Assembly (NCBI GenBank): GCA_046583315.1
Contig: JAYGCN010000254.1
Coordinates: 1 to 45,876, forward strand
DNA length: 45,876 nucleotides
Source: Candidatus Hydrogenedentota bacterium
GTDB lineage: Bacteria > Hydrogenedentota > Hydrogenedentia > Hydrogenedentales > GCA-2746185
Direction: 5' to 3'
The notes under the pieces were generated by a model. The model was given only the letters and a program-made list of their open reading frames with translations. It searched no databases and was not told the origin of the DNA. The position numbers and the translations under genes are program-made. Below are positions 27,659 to 36,957 of this stretch, in pieces (position 1 is the stretch's first letter; each line of letters starts with the position of its first letter).

Positions 27659-29578
27659 ATGAAAATCATACTGACCCTATCTGACGATCATTCGATTTGC
27701 GAGTCAATCAAGGCCACGTTGCCCGCATCCGACGTGATACTTTTTGAATCTACTCTGGAAAAAGGCATGCGCCGTCTGGTATCCGCGCCGGCCGATCTCG
27801 TGATTCTCGACGACAGCCCCTCCTTCGGCATCCAGGCACTCGAAGAGATCAATGCATTACTGCCCGATCTCCCAATTCTTGTGCTCACGGCAAAACGCAG
27901 CGACGACGCCATCGCGCAATATACCGTGGCGGGCGCCAAAGGCTGTATTCCCAAACCCTTTGACTGCAATGCGCTCAACGAGCAAGTCAATCGCTGCAGT
28001 CAATCGGCATCGACCACGACATCAACGATAAATCAAGTGGCGGCCGCAGATTCGACTTCGAGTTCAATCATGCAACACCAACAAGCCCTTCGCTGGATGA
28101 GTCGAAACACCATGTATCTCGATTCTCCCGATCGATTGATGCAAAGCCTGCTCGACGCGCTCATAGACATCATCGATCCCGCACGGGTCTGCATTCTGAT
28201 GGATCAGAACAACACAATCCGAATCACACACTGCCACGGGATCCCCGAAAATGTCGCGCAATCTCTCACCCTGACCTACACCCAAGGGCTCATGCGGCGT
28301 TTGAGTGTCCAGACCAGCCTCATCGACATTCATGCAACCGAGATCGATGCCGATGTGCGCAAGGAATTGAACTTGCTCGGAGGGACAATCGCCATTCCAC
28401 TGCTCTCCAAAGGCCAGACCTCCGGCGCAGTGGTCCTCGGAGAAAAATCGTCCGGACTGGACTACACCCAATCCGAACGCGACCTGCTCGTGACCATGCT
28501 TCGGTGCACATCGACCTGCCTGGAGCGCTCCACCCAACACACGACAATCACCGCACAACAGCAACGACTCAATACCGTTCTCTCAACCATCACCGCAGGG
28601 GTCGTGACCGTGCGCCCCGACAAAACAATCTCAATGATGAACGAGAGCGCCGAACGGATTCTCCAATTGCGCGCGCCTGAAGTTCTCGGCCAACCAATCA
28701 TTAAACTCGGGTCCGCGTTTGCCGATGTCGTGTTACGCACCATGAAGGAAGGCCAGCCACGCATCCGCCAGGAAATTCGCGATGTCTCAATCAATGGTCA
28801 ATTGGGATTGACCGTGACACCCTTGGGACCCGAAGGCGTCGTCGCGATTTTTTCACGCATTCCCGGAACCAACGTGGAAGATTCACCGGAACACGACATC
28901 TCCTATAGTCCGCTGTGGGAATATCTGGCAACGCGCGTGGCACAAGAAATCAAAAACCCTATGGTACCCATCAATACCTACGCCCAGCTGCTCCCTTCGA
29001 AATACGACTCGCAAGAATTTCGCGAAGAGTTCTCAACAATCGTACAGGAGTCCGTGAGTCGAATTAATCAAGTCGTCGAATCCATCTATGAATTCGCACG
29101 GCATCCGCGCCTGAATCGACACACCAACGATCTCAATGAATCCGTGGAACGCATTCTGAAAACCTGTCGACCCGCCTTTGACAAGCACTCCATAAAAGTG
29201 GAACGGCTGTACATGCGCGACGGTGCGCATGTATCGCTCGATCCGCAAATGTTCGCCCGCGCACTCGAAAATATCGTGACCAATTCCATTGATGCGATGC
29301 CTGATGGCGGAACGCTGACCATCGAAACCAAACAGGAAGACGGTACCTGCTCACTCTCCGTAGCCGATACGGGCGCGGGTGTCGACGACAAAGACGCGCA
29401 ACTCATTTTCATGCCCTTCTTCAGTACCAAGGAAAATGGAATGGGTCTGGGGCTAACCATGGCCGACCGCATCATCAAGGAACACAACGGCACCATTGAA
29501 CTCGATACCCACGCGGAACACGGCGGACGATTTATTCTGAGTCTGCCGACAACATCAAAAAATCAAACGACCAACTAA
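27659..29578 (+). CDS. Hybrid signalling protein: receiver domain, GAF, PAS, then histidine kinase (HisKA plus HATPase_c)
   Basis: The N-terminal REC-like fold reads MKIILTLSDDHS…DLVILDD…PILVLTAK…IPKPF. The H-box reads LATRVAQEIKNPMVPINTYAQLL. The G-box reads ENGMGLGLTMADRIIKEHNGTIEL. The start is 4 nt after the upstream stop. Confidence 0.85.
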   Translation: MKIILTLSDDHSICESIKATLPASDVILFESTLEKGMRRLVSAPADLVILDDSPSFGIQALEEINALLPDLPILVLTAKRSDDAIAQYTVAGAKGCIPKPFDCNALNEQVNRCSQSASTTTSTINQVAAADSTSSSIMQHQQALRWMSRNTMYLDSPDRLMQSLLDALIDIIDPARVCILMDQNNTIRITHCHGIPENVAQSLTLTYTQGLMRRLSVQTSLIDIHATEIDADVRKELNLLGGTIAIPLLSKGQTSGAVVLGEKSSGLDYTQSERDLLVTMLRCTSTCLERSTQHTTITAQQQRLNTVLSTITAGVVTVRPDKTISMMNESAERILQLRAPEVLGQPIIKLGSAFADVVLRTMKEGQPRIRQEIRDVSINGQLGLTVTPLGPEGVVAIFSRIPGTNVEDSPEHDISYSPLWEYLATRVAQEIKNPMVPINTYAQLLPSKYDSQEFREEFSTIVQESVSRINQVVESIYEFARHPRLNRHTNDLNESVERILKTCRPAFDKHSIKVERLYMRDGAHVSLDPQMFARALENIVTNSIDAMPDGGTLTIETKQEDGTCSLSVADTGAGVDDKDAQLIFMPFFSTKENGMGLGLTMADRIIKEHNGTIELDTHAEHGGRFILSLPTTSKNQTTN

Positions 29579-29593
29579 CACGAAAAGGCCACC

Positions 29594-30982
29594 ATGAGTA
29601 CCATACTCGCAATCGACGACGAAGAAAGCGTACGCCAATCCTACCGGGTCATCCTTGAACACCAATACGACCTCGCGCTCGCCGCCAACGGAGACGAAGG
29701 GCTCGCCTTTCTCGACACCCACCAAGTCGATCTCATTCTCTTAGACCTCACCATGCCGGGACTCAGCGGCGAAGAAGTCCTCGATCGACTCCGGGAGCGT
29801 GGTAATTCAACACCCGTCATCGTTGTAACCGCCTCCAATTCGATCACCTCTGCCGTGGAAGCGATGAAACGCGGCGCAACGGACTACATCCAAAAACCCT
29901 TCGATGTTCACGATCTCCAGGCCAATATTGAGCGCGCTATCGAAGAAAGCCGGGACAAACGAGAACTCGAATCCTTGCGCGAGGCGGAATCGATCAACTT
30001 CAAATCGATCATTGGCAACAGCACCGCCCTCAACGAAGCACTCAACAACGCGCGACAAGCCATGAAAGTCGATTCGGCTGTCTTGATTACCGGCGAAAGT
30101 GGAACCGGAAAAGATCTGCTCGCACGCTCCATCCACAACGGTGGCGCCCGATCAAAGCACGCCTTCGTCCCCCTGTCCTGCTGCGCCATTCCAGCCCAAC
30201 TCGTGGAAAGCGAACTCTTCGGATACGAAAAAGGTGCCTTCACTGGCGCGGACAAAAGTCGGGTCGGAAAAATGAAAGTCGCGGATGGCGGCACCTTGTT
30301 TCTCGATGAAATCGGCGAGATGCCCGTCGAAGCACAAGTAAAACTACTGCGTGTCTTGCAGGACAACCGCTTCTATCCCGTCGGTAGCACCAAAGAAATC
30401 AAAGTGGACATTCGCATCGTTTGCGCCACGAATCGCGACCTGCCACAGGCCATCAAGGAGGGTGTTTTCCGCGAAGACCTCTACTATCGCGTCAACGTCC
30501 TAAACATCGAGATGCCGCCCTTGCGCAAACGACGCGAAGATATCCCGCTACTGATCGAACATTTCATCGCCAAGCACTGTCCGCGCGTCAACGCCCGCAC
30601 ACAAATCGTCTCCCCCAAGGCCATGAACCTGATGTCCACCTTCGACTGGCCAGGTAACATCCGCGAACTCGAAAACTCCATCGAACGCCTGCTCGTCTAT
30701 CACGGTCAGGAACACACCATCGATGAAGAACACGTGCGTTCACTCTTCCCCAACGCTTCCGCCACGCCAGCAAACGCGGCTCCCGCAACCGGCCATCTCT
30801 CCGATTACGAAGGCTTGCCACTTGAAGATGCCACCCGCCAAATCGAGGCACACCTCATCTCCCGTGCATTGGAACAGTCGAATTATGTACAATCGCGGGC
30901 TGCGGAAGTGCTCGGAACCACGCGGCGCATCCTCAAATACAAAATCGACCAATTGGGCATCGACGCGGACAAGGCCAGCTAA
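29594..30982 (+). CDS. Sigma-54-dependent response regulator (NtrC family: REC, AAA+ sigma-54 interaction domain, Fis-type HTH)
   Basis: The REC domain reads ILAIDDEESVR…DLILLDLTMPGLSGEE…KPF. The Walker A is GESGTGKDLLARSIH. The GAFTGA motif is present in ESELFGYEKGAFTGA. The C-terminal HTH reads SNYVQSRAAEVLGTTRRILKYKI. Confidence 0.9.
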   Translation: MSTILAIDDEESVRQSYRVILEHQYDLALAANGDEGLAFLDTHQVDLILLDLTMPGLSGEEVLDRLRERGNSTPVIVVTASNSITSAVEAMKRGATDYIQKPFDVHDLQANIERAIEESRDKRELESLREAESINFKSIIGNSTALNEALNNARQAMKVDSAVLITGESGTGKDLLARSIHNGGARSKHAFVPLSCCAIPAQLVESELFGYEKGAFTGADKSRVGKMKVADGGTLFLDEIGEMPVEAQVKLLRVLQDNRFYPVGSTKEIKVDIRIVCATNRDLPQAIKEGVFREDLYYRVNVLNIEMPPLRKRREDIPLLIEHFIAKHCPRVNARTQIVSPKAMNLMSTFDWPGNIRELENSIERLLVYHGQEHTIDEEHVRSLFPNASATPANAAPATGHLSDYEGLPLEDATRQIEAHLISRALEQSNYVQSRAAEVLGTTRRILKYKIDQLGIDADKAS

Positions 30983-31024
30983 GACTCCTTTCCAACACAG
31001 CGCGACCCTTCGGAAAGGAAGATC

Positions 31025-31921
31025 ATGAGCGTTACAGTAGTAGGTTCAGTCGCACTGGACACGGTAGACACGCCCTCCGGCGAAAACATCGAAGGACTCG
31101 GCGGCGCGGCGACTTTTTTTTCTCTGGCGGCGTCCAATTTCACCGACGTTAATCTCGTCGGCGTCATCGGCACTGATTTTCCCGAAGAACACATCGAATT
31201 ACTACGCTCGAAAGGCATCAACCTGGAGGGCCTCGAACAGGTTGAGGGAAAAACCTTTCGCTGGAAAGGCCATTACCACGACAATCTCAACGTGCGCGAT
31301 ACCCTCGAAACCCACCTCAACGTATTCGAAACCTTCGAGCCGAAACTGCCCGACATCGCCAAAAACGCGCCGTATCTTTTCCTCGGAAACATCCACCCCT
31401 CCATCCAGATGCAGACCCTTGAACAAACCAACCACGAATTCGTTGCGCTCGACACGATGAACCTCTGGATCGATATCGCCAACGACGAACTCAAAGCCAT
31501 CCTCGGCAAAATCGACTGCCTCATCATCAACGACGAAGAAGTCGTGCAGCTCACTGGTGACCACAACATTGTGCGCGCGTCCCGCAAAATTCAGGAGATG
31601 GGTCCGCGCATCGTCGCCTCCAAAAAAGGCGAACACGGCTGTCTCCTCTTCCACGACGATGACATTTTCTCAGCACCCGCCTACCCCATGGAAGAAGTCG
31701 TTGACCCCACCGGCGCAGGCGACTCCTTCGCAGGTGGATTTATGGGATACATCGCTCAACAAAACGACACCTCCTTCGAGACCCTCAAAAAAGCGGTCAT
31801 CCAGGGCTCCGTTGTCGCCTCCTATCTCTGCTCCCAATTCGGACCCGACGGCCTCATCAACATAGGCCCCAAAGAAATCGAAGCACGCTACCAGCAATTC
31901 GTGGAGCTCTCCCGCTTCTAG
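31025..31921 (+). CDS. PfkB-family carbohydrate/nucleoside kinase (ribokinase-like)
   Basis: The N-terminal VVGSVALDTV…GGAATFFSLAAS and the C-terminal anion-hole motif DPTGAGDSFAGGFMGYI (GAGD). Confidence 0.8.
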   Translation: MSVTVVGSVALDTVDTPSGENIEGLGGAATFFSLAASNFTDVNLVGVIGTDFPEEHIELLRSKGINLEGLEQVEGKTFRWKGHYHDNLNVRDTLETHLNVFETFEPKLPDIAKNAPYLFLGNIHPSIQMQTLEQTNHEFVALDTMNLWIDIANDELKAILGKIDCLIINDEEVVQLTGDHNIVRASRKIQEMGPRIVASKKGEHGCLLFHDDDIFSAPAYPMEEVVDPTGAGDSFAGGFMGYIAQQNDTSFETLKKAVIQGSVVASYLCSQFGPDGLINIGPKEIEARYQQFVELSRF

Positions 31922-32005
31922 CGTCGCTCCGAAATAGACTTTCGATAAGTCTTCTATCCATGCTTTTCAATCCGATCACCATTTAGTTAGGGCTAAATAT
32001 CGTCA

Positions 32006-32023
32006 TTTACTCACGCGAGTAAA
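32006..32023. promoter_or_regulatory. Palindrome TTTACTC-acgc-GAGTAAA upstream of the sulfatase pseudogene
   Basis: Perfect 7-bp inverted arms with a 4-bp spacer in an AT-rich intergenic region. It is either an operator-like site or a short hairpin 85 nt after the pfkB stop. Confidence 0.2.
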
Positions 32024-32129
32024 CTTGTTACTGCAGGCAATCTGACATCCTCCTCGCGAAAATTTGATAATCGAATTTCACTGTATTTATAGAAATATAT
32101 GATTTAATTGAATTTGGGAGGATTCGACA

Positions 32130-33795
32130 ATGAAGCATAAAACCGCCGTATCAATACTACTTTCGGGTACCCTAACACTCTTCGTGGCGCTTGCCCCACA
32201 CCAAAGCCCGCACACCGTTTTCGCCCAAGAAGAGGTACCCGAATTCAAAGGAAAGATCGAGAAATCATACGAGGACCCGAGGAATGGTGGGCACCCAAGA
32301 AACGCCCACCCGAAGGCGCGCCGAACGTAATCATATTCCTGCTGGACGATACCGATTTCGGACAAATCGGATCCTTCGGTGGCCTGATCAAGACACCCAA
32401 CATCGACCGACTGGCAGCCGGGGGATTACGCTTCAACAATTTCCACACGACCTCCCTCTGCTCCCCATCACGTGCAACGCTTATGGCAGGGTGAAATCCA
32501 CACACGATCGGACTCGGAAGTCACGCGCTGACCGCGATGGGTTTCCCGGGCTACAACGCCATCGTCCCCCCCACCGCCAAATCGGTTGCCAACTACCTTG
32601 AAGCCGAAGGCTACGTCAACTACGCAATCGGAAAATGGGATCACACCCCACTCTACGAAGTCTCCCAACTCGGTCCCTTCGATCGCTGGCCGAGCCATGA
32701 AGGCTTCGCGCACTCCTACACCTTCATGGCCGCCGACGTACACCAATTTGTTCCGGTGCTGTGGGATGACCATCATCCAGAACCCTACCGCCGAACCGAG
32801 CACCTCGACAAAGACCTTGCTGAACGTGCGAATCTATGGATCACGGGACATAAATCACTCGACAAAGAATTACCCTTCATGATGCTCTGGGCTTCAGGCT
32901 CAATGCACTCGCCCCACCAAGCCCCCGATAGCTATCTCGACAAATACAAAGGTAAATTTGATCAGGGATGGGACAAAACCCGTGAGATGATCCTCGAGAA
33001 CCAAAAAGAACTCGGCGTGGTGCCAGGCAACACCAAACTCAGCGGACGCATCCCGGAAATCCCCGCCTGGGATTCTCTTGACGCCGATCACAAGAAACTC
33101 TACTCCCGCCAAATGGAGGTGTTTGCCGCACAACTCGAATACTGCGATGCCCAAATCGGAACTGTCATCGACACGCTGGAACGCATCGGCGAATTGGACA
33201 ATACACTCATCTTCGTCACTTCCGACAATGGTGCCAATTGTGAAGGCGATTGGCCGGTACTTTCAACGAAACTTACGTACTCAACGGAATGCAAACACCT
33301 TTCGAAGCCAATATGCGCCATCTTGACCATTGGGGGAAAACTGACACCTACCCCCACTACCACGCCGGTTGGGCCATGGCCGGAAACACCCCCTTCCCCT
33401 ACTTCAAACAAAGCTCCCACCGCGGCGGACAGGCCGATGCCCTCATCGTCCATTGGCCCAACGGCATCAAAGCCAAAGGCGAGGTGCGTAATCAGTACCA
33501 CCACATCTCCGATATCGCGCCCAGCATCATGCAAGCCGCCGGTATTGAGATGCCCGAAACCTATCACGGCATTCCGCAACAGCCCTTCACCGGAATTCCC
33601 TTCAACTATGCCTTTGACAACGCAGACGCACCCAACGCCAAAAAGGTTCAGTATTATGAAATGTTCGGCAACAGGGCCATTTGGAATGAAGGCTGGAAAG
33701 CAGTAACGCTGCACGGCAATCGCATGCCCTGGATCGTAAACTCGACCTCCGCCTTCGAAGACGACGTCTGGGAACTCTACAACGTGGCCCAGGAA
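32130..33795 (+). pseudogene. Sulfatase (arylsulfatase family) pseudogene, inactivated by two 1-nt frameshifts and an in-frame TGA
   Basis: The signal peptide [23 protein letters not shown] lies in frame 0. The frame switches by about 32280 to …[21 protein letters not shown]…[17 protein letters not shown], which carries the C-x-P-S-R sulfatase signature. An in-frame TGA at 32492-32494 sits where Arg is expected (TGR.P). The text continues NPHTIGLGSH…GFPGYN…SDNGAN, then switches frame again near 33244 to …GTFNETYVLNGM…YHAGWAMAGNTPF…WELYNVAQE. Confidence 0.75.
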
Positions 33796-34125
33796 ATTAT
33801 CCGTCTCGAACACGGCCATACCAGCCTCACCGAACGACTGCCCTGGCTCGTCTCGTTTTCCTTCGGACTGCTCCACGGTTTCGGATTTGCCGGGGCACTC
33901 ACCGAAATCGGCCTGCCTCAGACCGCCATCCCCTTCGCACTGCTCTTCTTCAACATCGGCGTAGAAGCAGGTCAACTGCTGTTCGTGCTCGCGGTACTCG
34001 GAATCCTCCACACCGCGAAACGTTTCTGGACCGCTCCATCACCGGTATGGGCCACCCAACTTCCCGCCTACCTCATCGGCACCGTGGTGGCCGACTGGAC
34101 AATCGAGCGGCTCCTCGCGCTGTAG
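33796..34125 (+). pseudogene. 3' fragment of a polytopic membrane-protein gene fused in frame to the sulfatase remnant (possibly HupE/UreJ-like; uncertain)
   Basis: After YNVAQE, sulfatase homology stops. It is replaced by RLEHGHTSLTERLPWLVSFSFGLLHGFGFAGALTEIGLPQTAIPFALLFFNIGVEAGQLLFVLAVLGILHTAKRFW…, a run of hydrophobic helices typical of a membrane protein rather than a sulfatase C-terminus. Confidence 0.4.
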
Positions 34126-34430
34126 CGGTTTTGAATATGCCACCGATGGTTCTCCTGATTCGGGGAGGGCGACGCTCCTGCGGAGCCGGTACTTGCCTAT
34201 AACTACGCGGCTCGGCGGGATCCTCGCCCTCCCCTTGCGCTTAAATATCCCTTGTTTCATATTGGAACGTGACTGGTGATAATCGAGCACTTTCGTTGAT
34301 TCTCGCAAATTCTGAATATGCCATAAGTGTTGTTATATATATACTTAGGCCGACTATGGTGATTTGGCATCCAATTTGCCTTGTATTCACAGCGAAACAC
34401 GTAATTAACCTGTGAATAAGGAGAAGTGAT

Positions 34431-36320
34431 ATGTCAAAAGTTATCGGAATTGATCTGGGGACCACGAATTCGGTGGTTTCTGTGTTGGAGGGTGGCGAAC
34501 CCACCGTCATTAATAATGCGGAAGGCGAACGCACGACACCATCTGTTGTGGGATTCACGAAAGACGGTGAACGCCTCGTCGGGAGTGCGGCGAAACGACA
34601 GGCTGTGACGAACCCGACCAATACGGTGTTTTCGGCCAAACGGTTTATGGGTCGTCAATACAATGAAATCGCGAGGGAAGAAAAACTGGTGCCGTATAAA
34701 GTAACGGCGTCGTCTTCGGGTGATTCGCAGATTCATGTGCACGACAAAACCTATCGTCCGCCTGAGATTTCCGCGATGGTACTGGCGAAACTCAAAACCG
34801 ATGCTGAAGCATTTCTGGGCGAAGAAGTCACGCAAGCCGTGATTACCGTGCCTGCATATTTTAACGATGCGCAACGTCAGGCCACGAAAGACGCTGGACG
34901 CATCGCGGGTCTCGAAGTGTTGCGGATTATCAATGAACCTACCGCGGCCGCACTGGCGTATGGTCTGGACAAAAAGAAAAATGAAAACATCGCGGTGTAT
35001 GATTTGGGCGGTGGTACATTTGATGTGTCGATCTTGTCGATTGGCGATGACAGTTTCGAAGTGTTGAGCACGAGTGGTGATACCCATCTCGGTGGTGATG
35101 ACTTCGATCAAACGATCATCGACTGGTTGGCCGACGAGTTCAAAAAGGAACAGGGTATTGATCTGCGTGAAGACGCGATGGCGTTGCAGCGGCTCAAGGA
35201 AGGCGCTGAAAAGGCCAAGTGTGAGCTGTCGTCGAGCATGCAGACCGATATCAACTTGCCGTTCATCACGGCGGACGCCTCGGGTCCGAAACATCTGAAC
35301 TATAGCCTGACCCGTGCGAAACTGGAGCAATTGGTTGCCGATCTGCTTGAACGCACGAAGGCACCGTGCATCAGCGCGCTTAAAGACGCGGACCTGACTG
35401 CTGACAAAATCGATGAAGTGATTCTGGTCGGCGGCATGACGCGTATGCCTGCGGTTGGCGAGATGGTCAAGGAATTGTTTGGCAAGGAACCGAACCGCGG
35501 TGTGAATCCTGATGAAGTGGTCGGGAACGGCGCGGCGATTCAGGCAGGCGTGTTGTCCGGAGAGGTCAACGACGTGCTTCTTCTGGACGTGACCCCATTG
35601 ACGCTGGGTATCGAAACCCTCGGCGGCGTTTCGACACCGTTGATTGAACGAAACTCAACGATTCCGGTGAGTAAGAAGCAGACCTTTTCAACGGCTGAGG
35701 ACAACCAGACAGTGGTTACGATTCATGTGCTTCAAGGTGAACGCGAGTTTGCCAACGACAACCGTACGCTGGGCCGTTTCAATCTGGAAGGCATTTCAGC
35801 AGGTCCGCGAGGTGCCGCACAGGTCCAGGTCGGATTCGATATCGACGCGAATGGAATCGTCCATGTCACCGCCAAAGATTTGGCGACCGGCAAAGAGCAG
35901 AACATTCGCATTGAGTCTTCGAGCGGCATGACCGAGGCGGAGATCCAGAAGATGGTCGACGATGCCGAGTCGCATGCGGCAGACGACCACAAACGCAAGG
36001 CAGATGTCGAATTGCGGAACCAGGCGGATCAGTTGATTTACCAGACGGAACAAAGCATCGCCGAACTGGATGCGAATATTCCAGCGGATGCGAAACACGC
36101 GGCAGAAAATGCCGTGCAGACGCTTCGCGAGGCCTTGGATGGAAGTGACAGTGGCATGATTGAAGGGGCCATGAATCATCTGGCTCAGGCCACTCAGGAA
36201 CTGACCAGTGCAGCGAGCCAGAATGCCGGCCCGGCACCGGATGCGAGTGTAGAATCCTCTGATTCAGGCTCTGCTGGCGAGTCGATAGATGCCGAATTCG
36301 AGGTTGTGAACGAAAACTAA
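34431..36320 (+). CDS. dnaK: Molecular chaperone DnaK (Hsp70)
   Basis: [18 protein letters not shown]…, [25 protein letters not shown] and the C-terminal lid. AAGGAG RBS. No grpE or dnaJ adjacent. Confidence 0.95.
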   Translation: MSKVIGIDLGTTNSVVSVLEGGEPTVINNAEGERTTPSVVGFTKDGERLVGSAAKRQAVTNPTNTVFSAKRFMGRQYNEIAREEKLVPYKVTASSSGDSQIHVHDKTYRPPEISAMVLAKLKTDAEAFLGEEVTQAVITVPAYFNDAQRQATKDAGRIAGLEVLRIINEPTAAALAYGLDKKKNENIAVYDLGGGTFDVSILSIGDDSFEVLSTSGDTHLGGDDFDQTIIDWLADEFKKEQGIDLREDAMALQRLKEGAEKAKCELSSSMQTDINLPFITADASGPKHLNYSLTRAKLEQLVADLLERTKAPCISALKDADLTADKIDEVILVGGMTRMPAVGEMVKELFGKEPNRGVNPDEVVGNGAAIQAGVLSGEVNDVLLLDVTPLTLGIETLGGVSTPLIERNSTIPVSKKQTFSTAEDNQTVVTIHVLQGEREFANDNRTLGRFNLEGISAGPRGAAQVQVGFDIDANGIVHVTAKDLATGKEQNIRIESSSGMTEAEIQKMVDDAESHAADDHKRKADVELRNQADQLIYQTEQSIAELDANIPADAKHAAENAVQTLREALDGSDSGMIEGAMNHLAQATQELTSAASQNAGPAPDASVESSDSGSAGESIDAEFEVVNEN

Positions 36321-36333
36321 TCCCGTATACCCC

Positions 36334-36369
36334 GCAGGCATCTGGAGCGTATATCGCTCTGGATGCCTG
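36334..36369 (+). terminator. Hairpin downstream of dnaK (weak terminator candidate with no U-tract)
   Basis: GCAGGCATCTGGAGCG-tatat-CGCTCTGGATGCCTG forms a 15-bp stem if two G-U wobble pairs are allowed. The following sequence is not T-rich. Confidence 0.2.
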
Positions 36370-36635
36370 TGAAATCGCGGGCAGAAATAGCACATTTGTC
36401 CTGAAAATAATACCTATTTGGTGTTTACCTACGAATTTTAGCACTACATAATGACGCATAAAATTTTCCAGGATCCAAATTGCTCCCTTTTCGGAAATAA
36501 TATGGGCAAAAACTTTTTATTGATTTTTTCGGTTTTATGCGTTAGGATTCCCTCGCTGGTTGGGGGGACCATGCAAAGACAGTTTGTATCTCAATACACA
36601 TGCAGTCTACAGGTCACCGGGGGGAGACCATCCTC

Positions 36636-36761
36636 ATGAAAGAGATCACACAAGAAAGCGCGCAGGATAAGAACGTTCAGCAAGTCGCGCCAGGCTACGC
36701 CTGGTTGCTCGCAACCGGACTCCTGCTCGCGCTCATTTTTATACCGATCTTCGTTTCCTAA
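36636..36761 (+). CDS. Candidate 41-aa small membrane protein
   Basis: ATG at 36636 is preceded by a GGGGAG RBS at 36621-36626. The product MKEITQESAQDKNVQQVAPGYAWLLATGLLLALIFIPIFVS has a polar N-terminus and one clean transmembrane helix. It is below the size cutoff of the ORF track. Confidence 0.35.
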   Translation: MKEITQESAQDKNVQQVAPGYAWLLATGLLLALIFIPIFVS

Positions 36762-36957
36762 TTCTTTACATTACGGAACGCACACCCTCGCACCGGGGGA
36801 GTTGCCTCAAGCTCACGTCAGGGAAACACGTCTACCGACATTCCTGGGACGCTCTCCGATAGAATACCCACAAAAAAGGATAAGGTTACGAGCGTTTTTT
36901 GCTACAACTGTGCGGTAGCAACGGGGTACAATACGCGTTAACCCTACGGAATCCTCG

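Noticed and set aside
32492-32494. In-frame TGA inside the sulfatase reading frame, as possible selenocysteine or alternative-code (TGA=Gly/Trp) read-through.
   Set aside because: TGA terminates queE (37606-37608) and other genes cleanly. The position corresponds to a conserved Arg (CGA to TGA), there is no SECIS-like context, and the gene carries two additional frameshifts. The simplest reading is a nonsense mutation in a pseudogene.
33796-34125. Treating the hydrophobic tail as a genuine C-terminal membrane anchor of the sulfatase.
   Set aside because: Sulfatase-family homology ends about 40 residues earlier than in known enzymes. The tail looks like internal helices of a polytopic transporter-like protein. 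A fusion by deletion is more parsimonious.
34230-34430. CIRCE (HrcA operator TTAGCACTC-N9-GAGTGCTAA) or a sigma-32 promoter upstream of dnaK.
   Set aside because: Only a half-site-like cgAGCACTtt is present, and the second arm matches 1 of 9 positions. No convincing CTTGAAA…CCCCATNT either.
36762-36957. Possible preQ1 riboswitch upstream of queE, suggested by an A-rich CACAAAAAAGGATAAGG segment.
   Set aside because: No 5-bp P1 stem or loop matching the preQ1-I consensus could be formed. The A-rich tract is about 70 nt from the queE start, rather than abutting the RBS as in true preQ1-I aptamers.
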